48,959 bases of DNA from sequence record DRR723986_4988. One strand, written 5' to 3'. The notes beneath the pieces were generated by a model that was not told the DNA's origin, did not search any database, and was given only the letters and a program-made list of their open reading frames with translations. This document shows, one piece after another, positions 26,758 to 35,330 of this stretch (position 1 is its first letter; every line of letters begins with the position of its first letter). Made by a program: the position numbers and the translations under genes.

Positions 26758-27511
26758 AATCGATGGGTTCCTGAGCGCCTTCCCAGAGGTCGTGGGCAAT
26801 GGGGTTATTCATTTCCTCGAACAGGTGGCCAACCAGGCCGGCGCAGCGTGCGGTGAGAACGATACCGCGCATCATGCCCGCCGGGATCCCGGCTTCCGCC
26901 AGCACCGCGCCGATTGCCGCGCTGATATTCGTCACCAGTTGCTTGCCCAGCACCTCGCCGAGCGTTTGCTCGAGCAGGTTCATCGCCGCAATGTAGTCGC
27001 CCCGGGCACCGGCGTCGCGGCAAACCTGGAGCAAGCGTGCAACCCGAGGATCCAGGGCCTGGTGTATCGGATGACCGAAGCCGGGTACCGGCCGTCGGCG
27101 GGCGCGATAGTCCTCGACCTCGGCCCGAGCCTGTTGTTTGCCGTCGTCGGCCGCCACGATGCGCTCTAGGATCGCACCGCATTCGCTGGCGGTACCGGCA
27201 TAGCGGTCACCAACACCGAGCAGGCCGGCGGCGATCGCGCCCTGGAAAGACTCTGGCGCTCCGTAATGGGTTAGTCGGGTGACTATCGCTGACGGTACCA
27301 GTCCATGTTCCATGATGGTCACCAGCACCGCATCGACAATGCTTACCTGGGTTGCGCTCGGTTCCTTCCCCAGAGCCTGCAGTAGCAGCGCCTGGGTAAA
27401 GCTGCGCTGGCCGATCAGGTCATCGACCAGGTTCTTGCCACGTACATGGATTTCATCGGCATCATAGCCACAGATGGCTGTTGTTCGTGGGGCAGGGGTC
27501 TTGGCTGTCAT
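26747..27511 (-). CDS. Citryl-CoA lyase-like (citrate synthase fold) protein
   Basis: IHVRG, MEHGLVPS, AIAAGLL, VPGFGHP..DPR, ARCAGLVGH. Confidence 0.82.
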   Translation of the reverse strand: MTAKTPAPRTTAICGYDADEIHVRGKNLVDDLIGQRSFTQALLLQALGKEPSATQVSIVDAVLVTIMEHGLVPSAIVTRLTHYGAPESFQGAIAAGLLGVGDRYAGTASECGAILERIVAADDGKQQARAEVEDYRARRRPVPGFGHPIHQALDPRVARLLQVCRDAGARGDYIAAMNLLEQTLGEVLGKQLVTNISAAIGAVLAEAGIPAGMMRGIVLTARCAGLVGHLFEEMNNPIAHDLWEGAQEPIDYAP

Positions 27512-27603
27512 GACCGATCCTCGCAGGGTGTGGGCTGTGTGCAATCGTGCACGATAGCCGTGGTTGGGCGATGCCGCATATAGCTCCTTAGTGTTTATTG
27601 AAA

Positions 27604-27667
27604 TTCGTATATAACTAGAAACTATATGAATTTTCGATATGCGAAGTTGCTTTCGATATACGAAAAG
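27604..27667. promoter_or_regulatory. Tandem palindromic operators TTCG-N5-CGAA (candidate IclR sites) in a divergent promoter
   Basis: TTCGATATGCGAA (27633-27645), TTCGATATACGAA (27652-27664), partial site TTCGTATAT (27604-27612); AT-rich context. Confidence 0.6.
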
Positions 27668-27714
27668 ATTAGTCTAGGGGTGCGTTGCTCAAATATCAAG
27701 CTTGGAGAATAACT

Positions 27715-29943
27715 ATGAAGCCAGCCCTCAAGAAATCCACGGTGCTGCTCACTGCCGCTATCGTCGCCCCGCTGACTATTCCTGTTTCCTTTGCCCAGGG
27801 TGCCCTGGAAGAGGTGGTCGTTTCCGCACGGAAACGCGCTGAAACCCTCGAAGATGCGCCGGTGTCGGTGCGAGCGTTTACCGAATCGGAGATCCGCTCC
27901 GCTGGTATTGAGACGCCGCAGGATTTCATCAACCTCACGCCGAACGTGACCCTGGTCCAGACCCAGAACGCCGGTAACTCGTTCCTTAACATCCGGGGCG
28001 TATCCCAGGCGCGCAATAGCGAATTGTCGGCGGCCGTGCTGGTGGACGGCGTGTTGTTGTCCAACCCGGCCCAGTTCAACCAGCAGCTGTTCGATATCGA
28101 ACAGGTGGAAGTGCTGCGTGGCCCCCAGGGCGCGCTATATGGGCGTAACGCAATCGGTGGCGCTATCACCATCAAGACCAAGCAGCCCTCGGATGAGTTC
28201 GAGGGCCGGCTCGAACTGGGCGCCGACAGTGGCCCCGGCTACAAGGTGCGCGGCAGCGTCAGCGGCCCGCTGGCCGGACTGGATACGGTGAAGTACCGGC
28301 TGTCCGGTTCCTATGTCGATACCGATGGCTTCATTGAAAACGAGACACTGGACGAGGAGGCGGATCCCTACAAGGACACCTCCGCGCGCTTGCGCCTGCT
28401 GTGGGATGCGTCCGATACGTTCAACGCCGACCTGCGCCTGAGTTACTCCAAGCTTGAGACCCAGGCCCTGTACTTCCGGGTCGACGCGGAAGCCGACGAT
28501 ACCAGCAAAGACATTCTCAACAACAACCCCGGTAACAACGAGCGTGAGTTCATCAGTGCCAGCCTCAAGCTGGAATGGCTGTCGGATGTCGGTACCTTTA
28601 CCACTATCACAGCGTACGATGACCTGGAGGAAGTGCTCTCCGGTGATCAGTTCGAATTCGTGCCTCGCGCCGATTCGGGTTTCAACTCCAGCGACTTTGG
28701 GGGCTTCATCAAGTTTCTGACCGGCGATGACGTTACTGACCTGAGCCAGAACCAGTACCTGGAAGTCGAGTCCTGGAGTCAGGAAATCCGCTTTACCTCG
28801 CCGGAGGAAGAGCGGTTCCGCTGGATCGCGGGTGCCTATGCCATTGCCACTGACCGCTACATCTCCACCGGTAACCAGATCGATCGCGGCTTCGGCGTAT
28901 TCGACGTCAAGAAAACCTTCCGTCCGTCGGTGTTCGTCGACCCGACCGATCCCAGCCCCCAGCTGAACATCCTCGCCGACGGCCAGGATAATTTCGCCTG
29001 GGCGGTGTTCGGGCAAATGGCTTACGACGTGACCGACAACATCGAGGCCAGCTTCTCGCTGCGCTATGACGAGGACGAGCGCGAGCAGACGACCCTGACG
29101 CCGCCGCTGTACAACACCTCCGGCCTGGACCTGGTACTGGGTGAAAAGCGCAAGGAGACCTGGGATGAACTGCAGCCCAAGCTGACCGTGCGCTACCAGC
29201 CGAACGATGACATGACGCTGTACGTCGATTACAGCCGCGGCTTCCGCAGCGGTGGCTTCAACCAGTCAGGCGTCGGCGAAGCCGCCGCCACGCCGGGGAT
29301 CGATGACCTGTTCGACGAGCAGGTGTCCGAAACCTACGAGGCGGGTATCAAGAGCTTCCTCTGGGATCGCCGGGTGAGCACCTCGCTGAGCCTGTACTAC
29401 ACCGATTTTGACGGCGCTTACTTCTTCTTCTTCGACCCGGGTACCAGTACCCAGAACCTGGGCTCCATCCCGGAGACCACCTACCTTGGGCTGGAAGCGG
29501 AAGTCAACGCGGCCCTGACCGAGAATATCAGTGTGTACGGCGGCCTGGGTTACACCGACAGCGAGATTGAAAAGTCGGAAAACCCCAGCCAGGAAGGCAA
29601 CCAGGCGCCGCTGGTCTCCGAGTACACCATCAACCTGGGTGGTATGTACCGCCGGCCGATGAATATGTTCGGTGGTGGCATGGACTTCCTCGCCCGCGTG
29701 GATTACTCACGGATTGGCGAGACCTGGTGGGATCCGGACAACATCTCCTCCCGCAGCCCGATCGACCTGGTCGACCTGCGCGTTGGCTTTGAGAGCGACG
29801 AGAGCTGGTCAGTGATGCTGTGGGCCAAGAACGCGTTTGACGAGGAGTACAACACCGAGTTCTCGCCCGGTGGCCCCGGCGCGAACTTCCTGTGGCCGGC
29901 GCTGCCGGCGCGCTATGGCGTCGATATCAATTTCTGGTTCTGA
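27715..29943 (+). CDS. TonB-dependent receptor
   Basis: Signal peptide, EEVVVSARKR, DIEQVEVLRGPQGALYGRNAIGG, GFRSGGFN, C-terminal Phe; GGAG RBS before ATG 27715. Confidence 0.93.
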   Translation: MKPALKKSTVLLTAAIVAPLTIPVSFAQGALEEVVVSARKRAETLEDAPVSVRAFTESEIRSAGIETPQDFINLTPNVTLVQTQNAGNSFLNIRGVSQARNSELSAAVLVDGVLLSNPAQFNQQLFDIEQVEVLRGPQGALYGRNAIGGAITIKTKQPSDEFEGRLELGADSGPGYKVRGSVSGPLAGLDTVKYRLSGSYVDTDGFIENETLDEEADPYKDTSARLRLLWDASDTFNADLRLSYSKLETQALYFRVDAEADDTSKDILNNNPGNNEREFISASLKLEWLSDVGTFTTITAYDDLEEVLSGDQFEFVPRADSGFNSSDFGGFIKFLTGDDVTDLSQNQYLEVESWSQEIRFTSPEEERFRWIAGAYAIATDRYISTGNQIDRGFGVFDVKKTFRPSVFVDPTDPSPQLNILADGQDNFAWAVFGQMAYDVTDNIEASFSLRYDEDEREQTTLTPPLYNTSGLDLVLGEKRKETWDELQPKLTVRYQPNDDMTLYVDYSRGFRSGGFNQSGVGEAAATPGIDDLFDEQVSETYEAGIKSFLWDRRVSTSLSLYYTDFDGAYFFFFDPGTSTQNLGSIPETTYLGLEAEVNAALTENISVYGGLGYTDSEIEKSENPSQEGNQAPLVSEYTINLGGMYRRPMNMFGGGMDFLARVDYSRIGETWWDPDNISSRSPIDLVDLRVGFESDESWSVMLWAKNAFDEEYNTEFSPGGPGANFLWPALPARYGVDINFWF

Positions 29944-29973
29944 CGGACCCTTGAGTCGTATACGGAGACAGCT

Positions 29974-30516
29974 ATGAACGCACCCTTGAGTATTGACAGC
30001 AAGCTGCACCACAACGCCTATGTCACTGAGGACATGGAGGCAGTTCGGCAGTTTTACGAGGAAATCATCGGCTACCCGCTGGTGGCCACCTGGGCAGAGA
30101 AAACCGAGCTGTTCGGGAAAGAGCGCACGTACATGCACTGTTTCTTCGATATCGGTGACGGGTCCTGCCTGGCGTTCTTCCAGTTTGCCGACAAGGATGA
30201 CCACAAGGAATTTGGCCCCGAGCTGCAGCCATCAGGGTTCCGGCATCTGGCGATGAAGGTGGATCAGGAAACCCAGGACGCGATTCTCGAACGCTTGAAT
30301 GCGGCCGGTATCACCGAACCGCAGGCCTACATCCTGAACCACGGTTACTGCTACTCGCTATACGTGTTCGACCCATCCGGCCTGCTGGTTGAGTTTACTG
30401 TTGACCACGAAGCGGTCGACGAGATCAATGCGGGCAAGAAGAAGACGGCGCACGAGGACCTTGCCAAGTGGCTGGCCGGGGATCACACGCCCAATAACGA
30501 ACAGTTTCATCGCTAG
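29974..30516 (+). CDS. VOC (glyoxalase/dioxygenase) family protein
   Basis: LHHNAY, YMHCFF..GDGSCLAFF, HLAM, SLYVFDPSGLLVEF. Confidence 0.88.
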   Translation: MNAPLSIDSKLHHNAYVTEDMEAVRQFYEEIIGYPLVATWAEKTELFGKERTYMHCFFDIGDGSCLAFFQFADKDDHKEFGPELQPSGFRHLAMKVDQETQDAILERLNAAGITEPQAYILNHGYCYSLYVFDPSGLLVEFTVDHEAVDEINAGKKKTAHEDLAKWLAGDHTPNNEQFHR

Positions 30517-30540
30517 ACCGACCAGGAAGGATTCCCTGTT

Positions 30541-31131
30541 ATGAGTAAAACGGTATGTGTCGTTTACCACAGCGGCTATGGCCACACCCTGAAGCAGGCC
30601 GCGGCGATTGCCGACGGCGTGAGTTCCGTGGCGGGTGTTGAGTGCCACTTCATCGCAGTCGAGGCATTGCATGATGCCGAGGCCGGGGAGTGGGATGCGC
30701 TGGATGCGGCGGCGGCAATCGTTATGGGCTCGCCGACCTATATGGGCGCGGCTTCGGCTGACTTCAAGAAGTTCATGGAGTTGTCCTCGGCGCGCTGGAT
30801 GGAACAGCGCTGGGCGGACAAACTGGCCGCCGGGTTTACCAATTCCGGTTCGCAGAATGGAGACAAGCAGAACACGCTGGTGGAACTGCTGACCTTTGCT
30901 GCGCAACACGGCATGCTCTGGATCAGTCTGAATCAGCTCCCCGGTAACAACCATTCCGCCGGCTCGGTCGAAGACCTGAATCGACTGGGTGCCTCGCTGG
31001 GTGCCATGGCGCAGTCCAACGTCGATCAGGGTTCCGATGTAGCCCCGATAAAATCTGATCTTGAAACAGCCCGCGCGTATGGGGCGCGGGTGGCGCGCTG
31101 TGCTTTGCAGTGGAGTCCGGAAGCCGCCTGA
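30541..31131 (+). CDS. Flavodoxin-family (WrbA-like) NAD(P)H:FMN oxidoreductase
   Basis: VYHSGYGHT, GSPTYMG, KLAAGFTNSGSQNGDK, QHGMLW. Confidence 0.9.
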   Translation: MSKTVCVVYHSGYGHTLKQAAAIADGVSSVAGVECHFIAVEALHDAEAGEWDALDAAAAIVMGSPTYMGAASADFKKFMELSSARWMEQRWADKLAAGFTNSGSQNGDKQNTLVELLTFAAQHGMLWISLNQLPGNNHSAGSVEDLNRLGASLGAMAQSNVDQGSDVAPIKSDLETARAYGARVARCALQWSPEAA

Positions 31132-31180
31132 AACAAGGAAAGCCCTGAGAAACTGGAACAATCCATTGGGATGGCCAAGC

Positions 31181-32515
31181 ATGATGTATGACCCGGAAGT
31201 AGAGAAAAGGCCCGTCGAGCAGCAGTACGAAATCGACAAGGTGCAGTACAAGCGCCAGATTGCCTACCTGCTGGGCAACTCGGCCTTCTACCAGAAAAAG
31301 CTCAGGGAAGCGGGCTTCGAGTCGGCCGCGGATATAGGCGGCCTGGATGATATCGCGCGCCTGCCGTTCACTGAGAAGGACGAAATTAGGGCAACCCAGG
31401 CCCTGGCGCCGCCTTTTGGCGCGCATCTGGCTGCCCCTGAGACGGACTTGCGCCGTGTTTTCAGCACCAGCGGCACCACCGGGACCCCGTGTTACCTAGG
31501 GCTTACCGAGCGCGACCTCGAGATTTATGCCACCAACGTGGCTCGTGGCTACACCGCGGCCGGTTTCACCCGCGGCCAGAAAGTCGTGGTCGGCTTTAAC
31601 GCCGGCCCATTTGTCGCCGGCGCGGTTTACTACGGCTTTGACAAAATCGGTTGCTCGGTGATTCCTGTTGGCACCGGCAATACCGAGCGGATGGTCACCG
31701 CAATCCAGAAACTGGGTGCGACCGGGATCAGCTGTACGCCGTCATACGGTCTTTACCTGATTGACTGGTGTCACCAGCACGGCATTGAGACTGGCTCCCT
31801 CGGGCTGAAAAATATGATCACAGCGGGTGAGCCCGGTGGTGGCGACCCCATGGTGCGCGGCAAGATTGAAGAGGCCTTTGGCTGCGTTGTCCGCGAGTCC
31901 ATGGGTATTGGTGACATCACCCTGTCCGCCTGGGCGGAAGACGAGGACGGCAAGGGCATGCATTTCATGCCGCGCGGCTTTGTCCACGTCGAATTGATCG
32001 ACCCGGTCAGCGGGCAGCCGATACCCTGGGTTGACGGCGCAGAGGGAGAGTTGGTGTATACCGCGTTGCAGCGTGAAGCCATGCCACTGCTGCGATTCCG
32101 CAGTCGTGACCATGTGATCGTTACCGTGGCCGACAACCCCACCGGTCGGACCGGGCCCCGGATCCGCTGTGTCGGGCGCACGGACGATATGTTGATTGTG
32201 CGTGGCGTCAACCTGTTTCCCACGGCGATTCGCAGCATACTGGACGATTTCACGCCGGCTGTATCCGGCATGTTCCAGGTCCGGCCGAGGGAGCAAGGTG
32301 TGCTCCAGGTGCCGCCGCTGCCGGTGGTGGTGGAGTTGGGCAAGGACACACCTGAGGCGCCTGAGGGACTGCGCCAGCAGATGGTCGACGAAATTCGTTC
32401 GCGCCTGCTGGTCAGTACAGATGTCCGCTTCGTTGCCTACAATTCGCTGCCGCGAGAAACCTATAAATCCAAACTTGTCGATTACTCTGACTGCGGCCAG
32501 CCTGCGGTCGCGTAA
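31181..32515 (+). CDS. Phenylacetate-CoA ligase (PaaK) family acyl-CoA ligase
   Basis: LPFTEKDE, STSGTTG P-loop, CTPSY, GELVYT, MPLLRFR, GRTDDMLIVRGVNLFP; start ATG 31181. Confidence 0.88.
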   Translation: MMYDPEVEKRPVEQQYEIDKVQYKRQIAYLLGNSAFYQKKLREAGFESAADIGGLDDIARLPFTEKDEIRATQALAPPFGAHLAAPETDLRRVFSTSGTTGTPCYLGLTERDLEIYATNVARGYTAAGFTRGQKVVVGFNAGPFVAGAVYYGFDKIGCSVIPVGTGNTERMVTAIQKLGATGISCTPSYGLYLIDWCHQHGIETGSLGLKNMITAGEPGGGDPMVRGKIEEAFGCVVRESMGIGDITLSAWAEDEDGKGMHFMPRGFVHVELIDPVSGQPIPWVDGAEGELVYTALQREAMPLLRFRSRDHVIVTVADNPTGRTGPRIRCVGRTDDMLIVRGVNLFPTAIRSILDDFTPAVSGMFQVRPREQGVLQVPPLPVVVELGKDTPEAPEGLRQQMVDEIRSRLLVSTDVRFVAYNSLPRETYKSKLVDYSDCGQPAVA

Positions 32516-32531
32516 CTAAGGGGAAACCTCT

Positions 32532-33572
32532 ATGAACGACCTGCCATTATTTCCTTGCACCATTGTAGGCAGCTACCCGCAACCGGAGTGGCTGATAGAT
32601 CGCAAGAAGCTGGCGGGGCGTTTTCCTCCGCGTACCCGGGCCAAGGAGTTGTGGCGGATCGCTCCGGAACTGTTGCTCGAGGCGCAGCGCGACGCCACCC
32701 GTCTGGCGATTCTGGACCAGGAGCGCGCCGGCCTCGACATTATTACTGATGGTGAGGTGTGCCGGGAGAGCTACTCCAATCACTTTGCTACCGCGCTCGA
32801 CGGCATCGACCTGGACAACCCCGGAGAAGCGCTGGATCGCAGCGGAGAGCCGGTTTACGTGCCGCGCATTGTCGGCCCGATCAAGCGGCGTCACCCGGTA
32901 GGGATCGAGGATGTCAGGTTCATGCGAGCCAATACCGACCGCCAGATCAAGATCACGGTACCGGGGCCATTCACCATGGCCCAGCAGGCCCAGAATGATT
33001 TTTACCCGTCAACGCATGAGGCAGCGCTGGCCTATGCCGCCGCCGTCAACGAGGAGGTCAAAGACCTGTTCGCTGCCGGTGCCGATGTGGTCCAGCTGGA
33101 TGAGCCCTATATGCAGGCACGCCCGGAGCAGGCGCGTGAGTACGGCCTGGAGGCGCTGAACCGGGCGCTCGACGGAGTGGATGGCAAAACCTGTGTGCAT
33201 ATCTGCTTCGGCTACGCCGCGCTGATCCATGCACGGCCTGAAGGCTACTCCTACCTGCCCGAACTGGCCGGTGCCTGCTGTAACCAGCTGTCGATTGAAA
33301 CTGCCCAGAGCAACCTCGACTGTACGGTACTGGATGCGCTCCCCAACAAGGACATCCTGCTCGGTGTGATCGATCTCTCTACCGAAGAGGTGGAAAGCGT
33401 GGAAACGATCAAGAACCGTGTGCTGCGAGCCTTGACTCATGTCGATGAGCGTCGGGTGATTCTCGCGCCGGACTGCGGCATGAAGTACTTGCCGCGTGAA
33501 TCTGCTTTCGGCAAGCTCCAGGCCATGGTGCAGGCTGCCCGGGAGCTGAGGGAAACCTTCAAGGCCGGCTGA
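32532..33572 (+). CDS. Half-size cobalamin-independent methionine synthase-like (MetE C-terminal domain) Zn enzyme
   Basis: VGSYPQP, QERAGLDIITDGE, GPFT, QLDEP, HICFG, APDCG; only 346 aa. Confidence 0.88.
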   Translation: MNDLPLFPCTIVGSYPQPEWLIDRKKLAGRFPPRTRAKELWRIAPELLLEAQRDATRLAILDQERAGLDIITDGEVCRESYSNHFATALDGIDLDNPGEALDRSGEPVYVPRIVGPIKRRHPVGIEDVRFMRANTDRQIKITVPGPFTMAQQAQNDFYPSTHEAALAYAAAVNEEVKDLFAAGADVVQLDEPYMQARPEQAREYGLEALNRALDGVDGKTCVHICFGYAALIHARPEGYSYLPELAGACCNQLSIETAQSNLDCTVLDALPNKDILLGVIDLSTEEVESVETIKNRVLRALTHVDERRVILAPDCGMKYLPRESAFGKLQAMVQAARELRETFKAG

Positions 33573-33583
33573 ACCGGCAGTGC

Positions 33584-34345
33584 CTACCAGGGCAGTGGCT
33601 TGCCCTGCCAGTCGTAATATCTCCCGTTATCGGCGGCGTCCAGGCCGCTGATAACGGCGAACAGCCCCGTCGCGCTCTGCTCGGGCGTGATATTGCCCTT
33701 GCCTTCGTTCATGTCGGTCTGCACGTAACCCGGGTGGAGCACGACGAAGCTCATGCCCTCCTTGCCGAAGTCCACTGCCAGGGTAGTGTTGATTGCGTTT
33801 AAAGCTGCCTTGCTCGCCCGGTAGCCGGCGCAACATCCCCAGGTGTTCAGCTCGTTACTGCCCATCATGCTGCTGATGTTGGCGAAGACCTTGCGCTGGC
33901 CCGCCGCCACGTTGGGGTAGAGGGCCTGGATCACCCGCAAGGGTCCCAGCGTGTTCACGTCCAGGGTCTGCATGATGGCATCCACGTCCAGCTCAGCGAG
34001 ATCACCGGAGTCCTCGCCTGCAATGCCTGCGTTGTTGATTACGATGTCGATCGGCACGCCCTTCAGGGTAGCGGCCAGCGCAGTGACGCTGGCCCCATCG
34101 GTCACATCGAGCTGTTCGACCCGGGACCCGGTCGCGGCCAGTGCCGTGGCCTCGCCCGGTTTACGCGCGGTGCCGATCACGGTATAGCCACCGGCGATAA
34201 ATTGTTCAGCCAGGGCGAGACCAATGCCACGGTTGGCGCCGGTAATGAGAACGGTGCCCGGCGGGTCCTCGGCAATAGCGGACGGGGCGGCGAGGCTGGT
34301 AAGCAGCACCAGTGGTAGGCACAGTCTAGCGAGCAGCTGTTTCAT
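33584..34345 (-). CDS. CsgA-like SDR oxidoreductase with N-terminal signal peptide
   Basis: MKQLLARLCLPLVLL...AIA-E leader; TGANRGIG, NNAG, YRASK, LHPGYVQTDM. Confidence 0.88.
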   Translation of the reverse strand: MKQLLARLCLPLVLLTSLAAPSAIAEDPPGTVLITGANRGIGLALAEQFIAGGYTVIGTARKPGEATALAATGSRVEQLDVTDGASVTALAATLKGVPIDIVINNAGIAGEDSGDLAELDVDAIMQTLDVNTLGPLRVIQALYPNVAAGQRKVFANISSMMGSNELNTWGCCAGYRASKAALNAINTTLAVDFGKEGMSFVVLHPGYVQTDMNEGKGNITPEQSATGLFAVISGLDAADNGRYYDWQGKPLPW

Positions 34346-34414
34346 GGTAGTGATTCCCTGTTGTCCGGTTGTCATCAAACGCGATCTTGTCTATCCGCCA
34401 GGTCTGGGCGCAGG

Positions 34415-35107
34415 CTACCAGTCGTGGGTTTCCCCGTTCCATTTCCAGAAGCTGCCGGTGTTGCCACGGTCGAGCTTGCTGACGGTCTGTACAATGCCCG
34501 CGGCACTTTCCTCGGGGGTGAGGTCGGCCGACTTGCCGCCCATATCTGTTTGCACCCAGCCGGGGTGAATCAGGCAGACCAGGACGTCATCGCTGGCCAG
34601 TTCAATCGCCGCCATGCGCATGTACTTGTTGAGTGCGGCTTTCGAACTGCAGTAGGCATAGGCCACGGTCATGTCCAGGGAAATGGCGCCCATCTGGCTG
34701 GTGATATTCACGACCTTCGCCAGCGGCGCGGCAAGCAGGTTGGGCATCAGCGCGTGCATTACGCGAACCGGGGCGTAGGCATTGATGTTCATGGTCTCGG
34801 CCCAGCCATCGAAGTCCATCACCCGGGCTGACTGCTGTTCCCGCGGTGGGCCGCCGGCGCCGGCATTGTTGACCAGGATATCCACGGCAACCCCTGCCAG
34901 GCGTTTCGCCAGCGCGTCTACCGAGGCCTGCTCACCGACCGCTACCTCCAGTACCTCGATCTCCGCGCCGGCAGCCAGTTCGTTCAGCGCGGCCGTATCG
35001 GCGCTCGCGCGGCAACAAGCGTAAACGGTGTGACCCTGGGCGGCGTACTGGCGCACCAACTCGAGTCCAATACCCCGGTTGGCGCCGGTGATGACGATAG
35101 TAGACAT
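34415..35107 (-). CDS. CsgA-like SDR oxidoreductase
   Basis: MSTIVITGANRGIG, NNAG, YCSSK, IHPGWVQTDMGG; ATG 35107. Confidence 0.9.
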   Translation of the reverse strand: MSTIVITGANRGIGLELVRQYAAQGHTVYACCRASADTAALNELAAGAEIEVLEVAVGEQASVDALAKRLAGVAVDILVNNAGAGGPPREQQSARVMDFDGWAETMNINAYAPVRVMHALMPNLLAAPLAKVVNITSQMGAISLDMTVAYAYCSSKAALNKYMRMAAIELASDDVLVCLIHPGWVQTDMGGKSADLTPEESAAGIVQTVSKLDRGNTGSFWKWNGETHDW

Positions 35108-35330
35108 GTGGTTCCCTGCGGTTTGCCGGTGGGCGATCAGACCCAGCTTATAAACAAGCCTTACCGCGGCGCAAGTGTAATGCTGGCTGTGGATCATTAA
35201 ATGCGGGTGAAACTGGCTCGGGAGAATGACTTGAAACCGGCATGGTGCGCTGGGCACAATGGCAGCCCCCGTGACCGCTGCCTGCATCGCCGTGGCCGGG
35301 ATCATCCGGTTTCCACCCCGAGGACCTGTC

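Noticed and set aside
31181-33572. Assigning the symbols paaK and metE
   Set aside because: Family-level similarity only; no other paa genes in the window, and the MetE-like protein lacks the N-terminal half
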